Assembly: GCA_965209055.1 (NCBI GenBank)
Contig: OZ242374.1
Location: forward strand, 5,376,001 to 5,440,000
DNA from: Acidobacteriota bacterium
GTDB lineage: Bacteria > Acidobacteriota > UBA6911 > RPQK01 > JAJDTT01
Length of the DNA: 64,000 nt
Direction: 5' to 3'
In this document: piece by piece, positions 36,020 through 46,144 of the stretch
Numbering within the stretch: the stretch's first letter is position 1
Layout: every line of letters begins with the position of its first letter
The notes under the pieces: model-generated
Database searches by the model: none
What the model saw: the letters and a program-made list of their open reading frames with translations, nothing else
Told to the model about the DNA's origin: nothing
Translations under genes and position numbers: made by a program

Positions 36020-37828
36020 CTAGGCGCCTGAGACAAGCGAGACACGGACCTGCAGCAACTCAACGGGCGCGGAGGGCTCCCCTCCCTGACAAGGATCGAT
36101 CGTCAACTCCAAGGTATTGTCCCCTTTTCTCAGAGTACCCGGATCCACTATGTAGTTCAGCCAACCAGCTTCTTTTTGAAAACCGAGGCCGTAGCCAGCT
36201 TCCGTGTACTGCCGGCTGGTTTCCGGGGAAATGTACCCTTTCGGTGAAGCCGGTTGCGGATTGGAGATCGGCCGGCCGTTGAGTCTCCAGGTGGCTCGTT
36301 CCCCGTCGGCTGCGTCTTTCCATTTGGTCAGCACCGTCGCTGCCAACATGGAATCGGGCTCATCAGCGATGGTCACGGCGAACCGCACGCTACTTGACCC
36401 CGACCGGGTGGTAAACACCCGGGGCAACTGGCCGGGTATGTTCCGCGTCTTGGAAGGCCGGTCCGAGTCGATGGCATAGAGCTTGTTCTTGCCTGCCAGG
36501 GCCTTTGGATCACCTACCCGAGGCACCGTACCGTAGTCTTTCGGATCGGTGGGGCCGTGATGGGTGTGCCAATCAAAGAGGTAGATTCCGTCTACGCCCT
36601 CTTCCCAAAACCGATGGGAGGCTGCATGGACCGCAGTGTAGTCCGAGGCGACATCTTCTTCAATCTCGGGATCTCGATGATCAAACTTGGGCCGACCGCT
36701 GCGAAAAGGGTGCACGAGACGGTCGAGACAGCCGTATACCTGGATATCGTATCGATGTCCGAGTCGGACCCACTCTTGGATAGGGATGGAATAAGGCATC
36801 AGTCCGGAACCACCAATGATGAGATCCACCCAGAGGTTGCGAGCCCAGGTCTCCGGGTCCAGTCCGGCTGACAGGCTCAACTCGATGCTGTCCGGAGGGC
36901 GGACGGCAAGGAGAATCGGACGTCCTCGCCTTTCCCCGTAGTGGTCCAGTGTTTGACGGACCTGATGAACGAAGTCGTTCATGACGGGTGTGTTCCGGCG
37001 CTGCTCCCCGAGCTTGAAGAACATGCTGTGCCGGCACCAGTCGAGCTCCACCCCATCCAGGTCGTAGCGGCGGCAGGCTCCTTCCACCACCTCCAAGTAT
37101 CGAGCCCGGACCTCGGGGAGCGCATAGTTGTAGCCCGCCCAAAAACGGGCGTCGCGAGAAGCCATTCCGTTTCGTTTGATGACGTCTGCCAGCGGATGAT
37201 CTTCCTCCGCCTGACGGCGCAACTCGACGATCTCTTGGGGGTCGTAGAGGTGCCCCTTCTTCTCGATTTCACTGTAGCGTTGAATCCAGGGCAGGGTCTT
37301 CTTTTCCCAATGTTCCCTCGAAATGTAACCCAACAGCAGTTCAGGATGTTTGAGCCTGAATGGGGGCCAGTAGGAGGCTTTTGGAGGGAACAGGGAGGCG
37401 TGGATGTCATTCATTCGAATGGAGTAAAAAAATTCCATTCCATTCTGGTGCGCGAAGTCGACTACGTGCCTGACCGGATTCGGACCCAGGACTTGGATGT
37501 GTTCTTGTGGGAATTCCCAGTCGGGCTCGTTGACATGGGCGCAGTAGAAAATGCTGGCTACGTCGGTTCCCTTCACATAGCTGAGCGTGTTCGCCAGGAA
37601 TTGGCCGGGTGATTTCAGGGGAATCGGCCACTTACCGCCCGCGTAGGCGGGCTGCAGCATGTCACTGCCGTCGTTGTTCCAGAGAACGGGACGCTTTCGC
37701 CGCCTGGCCTTCATTCTCTCGGCAGCCGGATTGGAGCCCAGAACGGCAGGGGCGCCGCCGTGGGCGGAAACCGACGAAACCCAGGTTGCGGCAGTCATTT
37801 GTTTCAGAAACGTTCGCCGATTCCGCAT
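36020..37828 (-). CDS. Tat-exported GHL10-like TIM-barrel protein (paralog 2)
   Basis: NRRTFLK; same motif set as 28743-30536. Confidence 0.75.
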   Translation of the reverse strand: MRNRRTFLKQMTAATWVSSVSAHGGAPAVLGSNPAAERMKARRRKRPVLWNNDGSDMLQPAYAGGKWPIPLKSPGQFLANTLSYVKGTDVASIFYCAHVNEPDWEFPQEHIQVLGPNPVRHVVDFAHQNGMEFFYSIRMNDIHASLFPPKASYWPPFRLKHPELLLGYISREHWEKKTLPWIQRYSEIEKKGHLYDPQEIVELRRQAEEDHPLADVIKRNGMASRDARFWAGYNYALPEVRARYLEVVEGACRRYDLDGVELDWCRHSMFFKLGEQRRNTPVMNDFVHQVRQTLDHYGERRGRPILLAVRPPDSIELSLSAGLDPETWARNLWVDLIIGGSGLMPYSIPIQEWVRLGHRYDIQVYGCLDRLVHPFRSGRPKFDHRDPEIEEDVASDYTAVHAASHRFWEEGVDGIYLFDWHTHHGPTDPKDYGTVPRVGDPKALAGKNKLYAIDSDRPSKTRNIPGQLPRVFTTRSGSSSVRFAVTIADEPDSMLAATVLTKWKDAADGERATWRLNGRPISNPQPASPKGYISPETSRQYTEAGYGLGFQKEAGWLNYIVDPGTLRKGDNTLELTIDPCQGGEPSAPVELLQVRVSLVSGA

Positions 37829-37882
37829 GTTTCCTTCTATGCAATCTCGCCTCAAACCCGACGGTTCCGCTCTGCCACGGCT

Positions 37883-39334
37883 TCAGGCATCGATTTTGGC
37901 GCGCCAGTGCACGGACTTTCGAACTGTCAGCTCGCGCAAAAACTCGATCCCGTGGCCGATGCCCAATCCGCTCCCCTTGAAGGGTTCGGCGGGGGCGCCC
38001 GGGGCCTGGCCGCGCTCGGTGTTGATCTTGATCATTCCGGCCTTCAGTTTCTCGATGGCATCCATAGCTCGCGCCGCGCTTTCCGTGCAGACGATGGCCG
38101 AGAGCCCGTACTCGGTTGCATTGGCCCGCTCGATGGCTTCCTCGAAAGAATCCACCTTCACCACCGGGGCCACCGGACCAAACGTTTCCTCATACATCAG
38201 GGCCATATCTTCCGTGACGTTGGCCAGCACCGTTGGGGGATAGAAGAAACCGGGCCGATCGAGCCTCCCGCCCCCCGCCAGCACCTCGGCCCCCACCTGG
38301 ACCGCGCTGTCGACATGCTGTTGGACCCTCGAGAGCTGAGTCTCGTCGATCATCGGGCCCATCTCGGTCAAGGGATCCAATCCTGGTCCCACTTTGAGAG
38401 ATTTGGCCGAGTTGACGAGGTTTTCGACGAAGGTGTCCCGCACGGAAGACTGGACGTAGATCCTTTCCGTCGAAGTGCAGATCTGTCCGGCGTTGGCAAA
38501 GGCGCAACGTGCGGCCAGCCGCGCCACTGCACGCGGATCCACCGTATCATCGACGATAAAGGCATCGTTGCCCCCGAGCTCCAGAATGACTTTCAACACC
38601 CGCTCTCCGGCGATGCGGCCGATGTGGCGGCCTACCTGGAGGCTTCCGATAAAGCAGACGATGTCCACGTCCGGGTGGCGGACGATCGGCTCACCCATGG
38701 TTGGACCATCGCCATTCAGGTGATTGACTGCCCCGGGAGGGAGGTGATCGAAGACCCGCTCGAAAAAAAGCCGGGTGGCCAGAGGGGTTTTCTCCGAACT
38801 CTTAAGCACCACCGTGTTGCCGACCATCAGGTTGCACACCGCCAACTCCACGGAGGCGATCACGGGAAAGTTCCAGACGCTGATACAGGCGGCCACGCCC
38901 CGTGGCTCCCAGCGCTGAAAGACCAGATCACCGGCCTGCGAACCCAGGTGGCGCGAGTCCAGGTAGATTCCAATCTCCGCCACTTGGTTGGTCAGGCCCA
39001 CGCACGCGTCAAGCTCGGAGTAGGCCTCGGCCAGGGGCTTACCGTTTTCTCGAGTCAGCAGAGGCGCCACTTCATCCCGGCAGGCCTGCATCTTGCGCGC
39101 GGCCGCCCGAAGCTGGACCGCGCGCGCAGGCGGGGAAAGAGCCCCCCATTTCCGGCCTGCCTCCACGGCTGCCTCTACCGCAGCAGCGGCATCCGCTGGA
39201 TCACCGCGCGGCACGTCTACGATATGATCCAAATTGGAGGGGTCATGGATGGACAGAGATTCGGTCCCATGGGATGGGACCGAACGCCCGCCGATCCACT
39301 GAGTCTGGGCCGCGGCCACGGCTGTTGTTTCCAT
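37883..39334 (-). CDS. NAD(P)-dependent aldehyde dehydrogenase
   Basis: WNFP, LKSSEKTP, LELGG, NAGQIC, EETFGPV. Confidence 0.93.
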   Translation of the reverse strand: METTAVAAAQTQWIGGRSVPSHGTESLSIHDPSNLDHIVDVPRGDPADAAAAVEAAVEAGRKWGALSPPARAVQLRAAARKMQACRDEVAPLLTRENGKPLAEAYSELDACVGLTNQVAEIGIYLDSRHLGSQAGDLVFQRWEPRGVAACISVWNFPVIASVELAVCNLMVGNTVVLKSSEKTPLATRLFFERVFDHLPPGAVNHLNGDGPTMGEPIVRHPDVDIVCFIGSLQVGRHIGRIAGERVLKVILELGGNDAFIVDDTVDPRAVARLAARCAFANAGQICTSTERIYVQSSVRDTFVENLVNSAKSLKVGPGLDPLTEMGPMIDETQLSRVQQHVDSAVQVGAEVLAGGGRLDRPGFFYPPTVLANVTEDMALMYEETFGPVAPVVKVDSFEEAIERANATEYGLSAIVCTESAARAMDAIEKLKAGMIKINTERGQAPGAPAEPFKGSGLGIGHGIEFLRELTVRKSVHWRAKIDA

Positions 39335-39523
39335 AAGAACTCCGTCGGGACAGGTTGGGTTTTGACTCCGGCTGAGGCACCGGCTGGCACACTTTGGTGT
39401 GAATTATAACACTGGCATTGAATGAGTCCGCAACTTTGTCAGAACGGTGTGAGAACGGCTCGGCTTGCAGCCGAATGGTCCGAGTCGAATGGAAAGCTTG
39501 AGGAGCGAGGAGGTGCAAGAGAC

Positions 39524-41170
39524 TCACCGCTCCGGTTCGGTAACGTCCAGGATCTGGTTTGGCAGGACGTTCCGCAGAGTTTGCTGAATCCCCGAAGGCC
39601 ACTGGATCTCCACACTTTCAATCCGCCCAGCCTTTCCCAAGCCGAAATGGACCCGAGGGTCGTTCGCGGATTGGTAGCTGGAAGCGCTGCTCACCGTCCA
39701 ATGCTGGGTCAGGCCGCCGGCGCTCAGCGTGATTCGCGCTCCCAGGCCGAAACGATTGCTCTTCCGGCCCAAGAGCCGCAGCAGAATCCAATTCCGTCGG
39801 TTGCCGCCCTGATTCAACAGCAGGCTGGGACGCCCGTTCAGATTCGAGACCACGATATCCTGGTCGCCGTCGTTGTCGAAGTCTCCGAAGGCGGCACCAC
39901 GGCTTACCATCGGGGTCTCAAAAATCATTCCGCTGCTGGACGAGACATTTTCAAATGTGCCGTCAGCCAGATTCCGGAACAGAAGGGGCGCCTGAGAGTA
40001 TCCCACGTGGCTCAGGTACAGAGAGACGTTGTCCATCACATGGCTGTTGGCTGTGAAGATGTCTTTCCAGCCGTCGTTGTCGTAGTCGAAAAAACGCGTT
40101 CCCCAGCCCGTGTACGCCAGCGTCATCTGGCCGATGCCGGTGGCAAAGCGCACATCGGTAAAGCTTCCGTCCCCGTTGTTCTCGAAGACGACGTACATGT
40201 CACCGGTCAGCGTGGTGATGACCAGATCGGGATAGCCGTCATTATTGTAATCCTGAAAATCGACTCCCATTCCTCCAAAGGTGTCTCCGTCGCTGTTGTA
40301 CGCCACCCCGGCGGCCAGAGCGACTTCAGAGAAGCTTCCGTCGCGGTTGTTCTGGAACAGAAGGCAGGGGCTGCGATCGTTCGCCACGTAGATGTCGATC
40401 CATCCGTCGAGGTCGTAATCGGCGAAAGCGACCCCTAAACCTTTGCCTTGCGACTCTCCTATGCCCGAGGAAGCGGACACGTCCGTGAAAGTGCCGTCCC
40501 CGTTGTTGCGATACAGCAGGTCGGAGATCCCGCCATAGCGATCCGGAATGCAGTAGCTGCGGTACCCGGGTCCGGGCTTGCCACAGTAGGGATTATTTTC
40601 GAAATCCCAATCCAGATATTGGACCACATACAGATCCAGATCACCGTCCCGGTCGTAGTCCAGGAAGGCGGCACTGCTGGACCAAAGCTGGCCGGCGACC
40701 CGAGCCGCGGCCGTAACATCGGTAAAGCGACCGATCCCCTCGTTCCGGTACAAGGAATTACGCCCAAAGCGAGTCACATAAACATCCAGATCCCCGTCGT
40801 TGTCGTAATCACCCGTCGCCACCCCCATCCCATATCCGCTTCCCGCCATCCCGGCGGAAACCGTGACATCCTGGAAGCCTTCTCCGTTGAGGTTGCGGTA
40901 GAGACGATCCGCATATACGCCGCTCTTGGGCTTCGAAATGCGTTCCGTCGAATTGGCTCCCTGGAGGGGAAATCCATTGACCAGGAAAAGGTCCAGGAAG
41001 CCATCCGAATCAAAGTCGAGCACGCCGACACCCCCACCCATGGTTTCGATCAGGTACTTGTGCTCGGTTGGAGATGCCTGCTGCCTGAAGCTCAAACCCC
41101 AGGTCACGCCAGCCTCCCGGTAGACCACCGGAGGGGCATCCACGGTGCCGCCCAGGAGGCCGGCCGTCAT
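39524..41170 (-). CDS. CRTAC1 / ASPIC-UnbV family protein
   Basis: KYLIETMGGG; FG-GAP repeats; SYQSANDPRVHFGLG...WPSG. Confidence 0.9.
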   Translation of the reverse strand: MTAGLLGGTVDAPPVVYREAGVTWGLSFRQQASPTEHKYLIETMGGGVGVLDFDSDGFLDLFLVNGFPLQGANSTERISKPKSGVYADRLYRNLNGEGFQDVTVSAGMAGSGYGMGVATGDYDNDGDLDVYVTRFGRNSLYRNEGIGRFTDVTAAARVAGQLWSSSAAFLDYDRDGDLDLYVVQYLDWDFENNPYCGKPGPGYRSYCIPDRYGGISDLLYRNNGDGTFTDVSASSGIGESQGKGLGVAFADYDLDGWIDIYVANDRSPCLLFQNNRDGSFSEVALAAGVAYNSDGDTFGGMGVDFQDYNNDGYPDLVITTLTGDMYVVFENNGDGSFTDVRFATGIGQMTLAYTGWGTRFFDYDNDGWKDIFTANSHVMDNVSLYLSHVGYSQAPLLFRNLADGTFENVSSSSGMIFETPMVSRGAAFGDFDNDGDQDIVVSNLNGRPSLLLNQGGNRRNWILLRLLGRKSNRFGLGARITLSAGGLTQHWTVSSASSYQSANDPRVHFGLGKAGRIESVEIQWPSGIQQTLRNVLPNQILDVTEPER

Positions 41171-41325
41171 CAGAAGAATAGGAACCTTATCTTTCTCGAT
41201 GTTTCAACTCTCTGAAAATCCGCAGTGCACTCTCCGCTTCCTCCTGCTGGCCGAGCTTCCGACCAGCAAAGATTCGAGATGTGGGGATCGAGCGGCGGAC
41301 ATCTAACCTCAGCGCAGAGTCCCCT

Positions 41326-42360
41326 TCACCGTGAACCGTCATCTGGACACCGCCACGGCGGTTCCCCTTCCCGGCTCAGGTCGATCGGATTGGACCAGGC
41401 ACGGCCGTCTTCGCCGTCCCACAACTCGATCCGGACGTAACATCCCACGACTCGAGGCCGCTCCCAGTAGCCCCGGTCCAGGAACCGCTCGGTCATCTCA
41501 GCGATCTTGCCGGGAGTAGCCAGGGCCGAAAGCGGTGCACGGGCCTCCGTCAGGCGGTCACCCGCTGGCGCCACCCGGCGGACGCCGAGCCAGGGTGACG
41601 AGGCGAACCAGACCGAACGAACGGGCGTGGTCTTCACCCGGATCTCGCCGTCCTCTACCGCGATCTCCTCGATTCGAGGCCCGGTCGTGGAGTAGAAGCG
41701 GCCCTGCCGGATGGCCTCCAGAATTTCGGCGGAAGTCCGAGTCCGAGCCCAGACCATAATCCAGGCTTCGGCCTGATCACGGAACGGCTGCCGGCCCAGT
41801 GGAGCAAAGGTCAGCTCGGGACGGACTCCGCTGTGCCGATCGTCGCTGGCCACGCCCCAGAGCCTGTGCCCCCCGGCCAGCAATTCGTCCCACTGGGCGG
41901 TGGAATCGCCACGGCGCCCGTTCCAGTGGTTGGGCGCATTGAAGATCTCGATTCCCACCAGACCCTTCAATCGGGAAATGGCAGCGGAAGAGATACCACT
42001 CAGGGAAGGATGGGAGAGAAAGGGGATTCCACCCTGCTCCAGCACTTCATCGATGACTCGCTGTGGACTTGCCATATAGCCCGCCATCCGCTGTATACCC
42101 AGGGCCAGGACCTCGGCCGGAAAGGTCTCCTGCCACTTGACCCCGATCTCGGCACCGGGAAGGACGAGGATCTTGCGGGATGGGTGCCCGCTGACATCGG
42201 TGACCAAGTTGTGGTCGGTGACGAAAAGGAAATCGTACCCGTGGCGGGCGTACCACGTCGCCAGTTCGTTCAGGCCGAAGAGACCGTCCGAATTGGTGGT
42301 ATGACTATGGACGTTGCCCCGGTACCACTGGCCCGAGCCTTCAAAGAGATGAATCGGCAT
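41326..42360 (-). CDS. PHP-family (CehA/McbA-like) metallohydrolase, copy 1
   Basis: WYRGNVHSHTTNSDG, FVTDHN, SHP, ASDDRH, GRAWSNPI. Confidence 0.85.
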   Translation of the reverse strand: MPIHLFEGSGQWYRGNVHSHTTNSDGLFGLNELATWYARHGYDFLFVTDHNLVTDVSGHPSRKILVLPGAEIGVKWQETFPAEVLALGIQRMAGYMASPQRVIDEVLEQGGIPFLSHPSLSGISSAAISRLKGLVGIEIFNAPNHWNGRRGDSTAQWDELLAGGHRLWGVASDDRHSGVRPELTFAPLGRQPFRDQAEAWIMVWARTRTSAEILEAIRQGRFYSTTGPRIEEIAVEDGEIRVKTTPVRSVWFASSPWLGVRRVAPAGDRLTEARAPLSALATPGKIAEMTERFLDRGYWERPRVVGCYVRIELWDGEDGRAWSNPIDLSREGEPPWRCPDDGSR

Positions 42361-42428
42361 ATCTCAAAACCACCTGCTTCCGAACTGCGAACCATTCTCG
42401 GCCTGACCTGGTTTCAGCGTGAATGATA

Positions 42429-44282
42429 CTAACCGTAGCCGATTCGGATGCGAACATCTACGATCTGTACGGGCGCGGCGGGGTCACCCTCGGTGGGACG
42501 CTCGACAGTCACCCGAAGCGTGTTCGCCCCTTTATTCATGTTCCGCGGATCGATCTCGAATTCAACCCAGCCTGCGTCGGCTACCCAACCAACGCCATAC
42601 CCTCCGTACCGTCTGACTTTCGCTTCTGCGGGCTTGGAAAGCGGGATGCCGTTGAGCTCCCACTTGAATCGCCGGGGGTCCGTTTCCTCGGCACGCTCGA
42701 GGTCCCAACTCGCAATGGCCGGAGGGCGCGCCGAATCGGCGGTACTGTATTGAGCCTGCACAAAAACTTCCGACGCGCTGGTGGGATCATCGGCGATCTT
42801 CAGCTGGAAGGTAGCTTCTGACTGACCCGCCTGGGTGGAAAAAGCCCGGGGCAGTTGACTGGCCAGACACCCATCGGCCAGACAGCCGAGCCGGGCGTAG
42901 CCGGGATCGATCCGGTAGACCTTGTTCCGCCGGGCCAGGGCCTTCGGGTCTTCTATCGAAGGCATCTTGCCGTAATCTGCGGAATTAGTGGGGCCGTGGT
43001 GAGTGTGCCAGTCATAGAGACAGATGCCGTCGGCCCCTGCTTCCCAGAAGCGGTAGCTGGCGGCGTCGACGGCTTCGTAGTTGGAAGCCAAGCCTCCTTC
43101 CATCTCAGGGTCCCGAACATCCCACTTGGGCCGTCCAGTCTGAAATGGTACGTAGATTCGATCCAGACACCCATAGACAGGAACGTCATAACGGTGGCCC
43201 AGGGCGACCCATTCTTCGATCGGTATCGTGAACGGCATCCCGCCGGAGCCAGCGAGCAGAAGATCGATCCACCCTTTCCGAACCCACGTCTCGGGGTCCA
43301 GACCCAGAGATAGTGAAAGCTCCAGCGAATCAGGCGTGCGCCCGCTGGCTAACAAAATGGGTCGACCGCGCCGTTCTCCGTAGTAGTCCAGACATTGGCG
43401 CACTTGATGGACAAAGTCGTTCATCACGGAAATATTTCGCCGTTCCTGCCCTAACTTGAAGAAACCGTAATGACGGGCCCAGTCCAATTCCACACCGTCC
43501 AGGTCGTAGCGCTCGCAGGCACCTTCAATCACTTGCAGGTAGCGGGCCCTGACTTCGGCACGAGCCCAGTCATAGCCGCCCCAGAACCACAGATCGCGCG
43601 AAGCCACGCCCTCCCGTTGAAACACGTCCTTCAGGGGGTGCGCTGCTTCCGATTGCCTGAGAAGCTCCCTCTCCTTCTCGGGGTCATACAGCTTCGTCTT
43701 CCAACGCTGTTTCTCGATGGGCATGAATCGATTCAGCCAAGGGACAACCATTTCCTCCCAGTGGGTACGTGAGATATAGCCAAGTAAGAGTTCGGGATTG
43801 GCCAGCTTGAAGGAGGACCAATATCCGGCTTTCGGAGCGTAACGCGAACAGTGCACATCGTTCATGCGTATGGAATAAAAGAACTCCTTGTGATGTTTGT
43901 GGGCGAAGTCGACGACATGCTGGACCGGATTCGGCCCCAACACTTCAATGTATTTTTTCGGGAACTCCCAATCCGGCTCATTGGTGTGAGCGCAATAGAG
44001 GATGGTCTCGACGGGCGTGGCTTCCACGAATCGCAGAGTACCGCCCCAGAACTGCTCGACTGATTCCAGCGGAGTGGGCCATTTCCCACCAGCGTAAGCG
44101 ATGGACTGAATGTCGCTGCCATCGTTGTTCCAGATGATAGGGCGTTTTTGCTGCCTCGCTTTCGTTCTCTCGCGAACGAGTTTCGGCTGCAAAAACCGGC
44201 TGCGCCCAACGCCCGGAAAAACTGTTGAGGCACACAGGCCAGCCCCGCCGATTCCCTTCAGAAAGGCTCTTCGATTTTCCAT
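42429..44282 (-). CDS. Tat-exported GHL10-like TIM-barrel protein (paralog 3)
   Basis: NRRAFLK; family motifs; close paralog of 52879-54732. Confidence 0.75.
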   Translation of the reverse strand: MENRRAFLKGIGGAGLCASTVFPGVGRSRFLQPKLVRERTKARQQKRPIIWNNDGSDIQSIAYAGGKWPTPLESVEQFWGGTLRFVEATPVETILYCAHTNEPDWEFPKKYIEVLGPNPVQHVVDFAHKHHKEFFYSIRMNDVHCSRYAPKAGYWSSFKLANPELLLGYISRTHWEEMVVPWLNRFMPIEKQRWKTKLYDPEKERELLRQSEAAHPLKDVFQREGVASRDLWFWGGYDWARAEVRARYLQVIEGACERYDLDGVELDWARHYGFFKLGQERRNISVMNDFVHQVRQCLDYYGERRGRPILLASGRTPDSLELSLSLGLDPETWVRKGWIDLLLAGSGGMPFTIPIEEWVALGHRYDVPVYGCLDRIYVPFQTGRPKWDVRDPEMEGGLASNYEAVDAASYRFWEAGADGICLYDWHTHHGPTNSADYGKMPSIEDPKALARRNKVYRIDPGYARLGCLADGCLASQLPRAFSTQAGQSEATFQLKIADDPTSASEVFVQAQYSTADSARPPAIASWDLERAEETDPRRFKWELNGIPLSKPAEAKVRRYGGYGVGWVADAGWVEFEIDPRNMNKGANTLRVTVERPTEGDPAAPVQIVDVRIRIGYG

Positions 44283-44394
44283 TTTTACTTCCGATTCCCA
44301 GGTCTCGGACATCAGGTGGTTACAGGACGACTTATTGTGAGGCAACGCCGCCCATTCATTCTTGCAGATCTGGTCAGTATAATTTTCCGCAGCG

Positions 44395-46020
44395 ATGATG
44401 ATCGGCCTTCGTTTATTTATCCTGGCCTCGATTCTTCCAGTGTCAGCATTCCCCCCGAACCTGGAAGGGGCTGTCCCTCTGTTCGACAACTTGGGCACCC
44501 ATCATCACCCTGTCACCACTACCTCACCCCTGGCCCAACGCTACTTTGACCAGGGCCTCCGACTCTATTACGCCTTCAATAACGACGAAGCGCTCCGGTC
44601 TTTCCAGCAGGCGGCTCGGCTGGACCCGAACTGTGCCATGGCCTATTGGGGGATCGCCTTGGCCCTGGGCCCAAATATCAATATGCCAATGACGCGGCAG
44701 GGAGAAGATACGGCCTACCGGGCGATCCAAATCGCGGAGTCGCTATCGAACGCCGCCAGCGAGCGGGAGCGGGCATACATTGCCGCTCTTGGTCGACGAT
44801 ACTCACATCAAGGCGCAGGCGACCCGACGGTGCGCGGGAGATCCTACGCGGCTGCCATGCGAGACCTGGCCAACCGATTTCCTCGGGATCCGGACGCGGC
44901 CACTCTATTCGGCGGAGCACTGCTCAATTTGCGTCCCTGGGATCAGTGGACGCCCGACGGGAGACCCCAACCGGGCACGCTCGAGGCCGTGGCGACGCTG
45001 GAAGGTGTATTGCAGCTCAATCCGAATCATCCGGGAGCCAACCACTACTACATCCATGCCCTGGAGGCCTCGCCCTATCCGGAAAAGGCACTTCCGGCGG
45101 CGGAACGCATTGACGAGTTGATGCCGGGAGCCGGCCACCTTGTTCATATGCCCTCTCATATTTACTTTCGCCTGGGGCGATACGCAGAGGCCGTCGAGAG
45201 CAGCAGACGCGGCGCCGCGGTTGATCGGGAGTACATTCGAAAATGGAATCCGCAAGGAAATTATCGGGAGATGTTTTATCCTCATAACATCTATTTCGAG
45301 TGGGCGGCTCTGATGATGGAAGGCCGCAGCACCGAAGTCCTTCGTGCGGCGGGAGAACTTTCGGAGTTTTACTCTTACGAGACGGCTCGGAGCAGACCCT
45401 TTGTCGAATTCTTCATGCCAGTCGTCCTTTTTTCGTTGGCACGCTTCGGGAAGTGGGACGATATCCTACGGCAACCCCGTCCCCCCAATGAACTCAGATA
45501 CCTGACCGGCATGTGGCACTACGCCCGAGGCTTGGCGCTCGCAGCAAGAGGACAATCCAACAAGGCATCCTTCGAGAAAGAACGTTTGGCCGATATAGCG
45601 GCAGCTGTTGCCTCGCGCGTGCCCCTGGTCGGCAATTCACCTGCCGTGTTGCTCCGATTGGCATCCACCGTCCTCACTGGAGAACTGGCTGCCAGACGGG
45701 GCGGGACGGAGGAAGCGATCTACCACCTTCAAGAGGCGGTGCAACTTCATGATCAGCTCCGGTATGACGAGCCTCCGGCTTGGTACTATCCCGTGCGTCA
45801 GGCCTTGGGAGCAGTTCTTCTGGCAGCCGGCCGTGCGCAGGAGGCCGAGCAGATTTACCGGGACGATCTTGAGAAGCATCCACGCAACGGCTGGTCTCTG
45901 TTTGGACTGGCAGAGTGCCTGCGAGTTCAACAAAAAGATGAGGAAGCCGCTGCAGTGGAAGTGGAGTTCCGCAGGGCATGGGCTCGCGCCGATGTGACGC
46001 TTGAAGCATCGCGATTCTGA
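44395..46020 (+). CDS. Secreted TPR-containing conserved protein
   Basis: AQRYFDQGL..YAFN..EA.RSF..AARLDP.CAMAYWG, HPGANHYYIH, GHLVHMPSHIY, YDEPPAW. Confidence 0.85.
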   Translation: MMIGLRLFILASILPVSAFPPNLEGAVPLFDNLGTHHHPVTTTSPLAQRYFDQGLRLYYAFNNDEALRSFQQAARLDPNCAMAYWGIALALGPNINMPMTRQGEDTAYRAIQIAESLSNAASERERAYIAALGRRYSHQGAGDPTVRGRSYAAAMRDLANRFPRDPDAATLFGGALLNLRPWDQWTPDGRPQPGTLEAVATLEGVLQLNPNHPGANHYYIHALEASPYPEKALPAAERIDELMPGAGHLVHMPSHIYFRLGRYAEAVESSRRGAAVDREYIRKWNPQGNYREMFYPHNIYFEWAALMMEGRSTEVLRAAGELSEFYSYETARSRPFVEFFMPVVLFSLARFGKWDDILRQPRPPNELRYLTGMWHYARGLALAARGQSNKASFEKERLADIAAAVASRVPLVGNSPAVLLRLASTVLTGELAARRGGTEEAIYHLQEAVQLHDQLRYDEPPAWYYPVRQALGAVLLAAGRAQEAEQIYRDDLEKHPRNGWSLFGLAECLRVQQKDEEAAAVEVEFRRAWARADVTLEASRF

Positions 46021-46144
46021 GGTCTTCCTGTCATCCTCGAAAAAATCTGCTCGCACCCAGAGAGATCCTGCGACGATCATTTCGACTCCAAACGGGATGA
46101 AAGCTGAGAGAGACATCGGTCCGTGTATGCCATGGGGGATCTCT

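Larger units (their letters stand above)
41268..44282. repeat. Segmental direct repeat, copy 1 (copy 2 is ~50497-51622 plus 52879-54732)
   Basis: PHP gene with its downstream flank and the GHL gene are both repeated; exact-match tracts of hundreds of bp. Confidence 0.9.

Noticed and set aside
41171-41220. Frameshifted signal peptide for the CRTAC1 gene at 39524-41170
   Set aside because: A hydrophobic stretch (RKIRFLFF) exists in another frame, but no convincing start codon was found.
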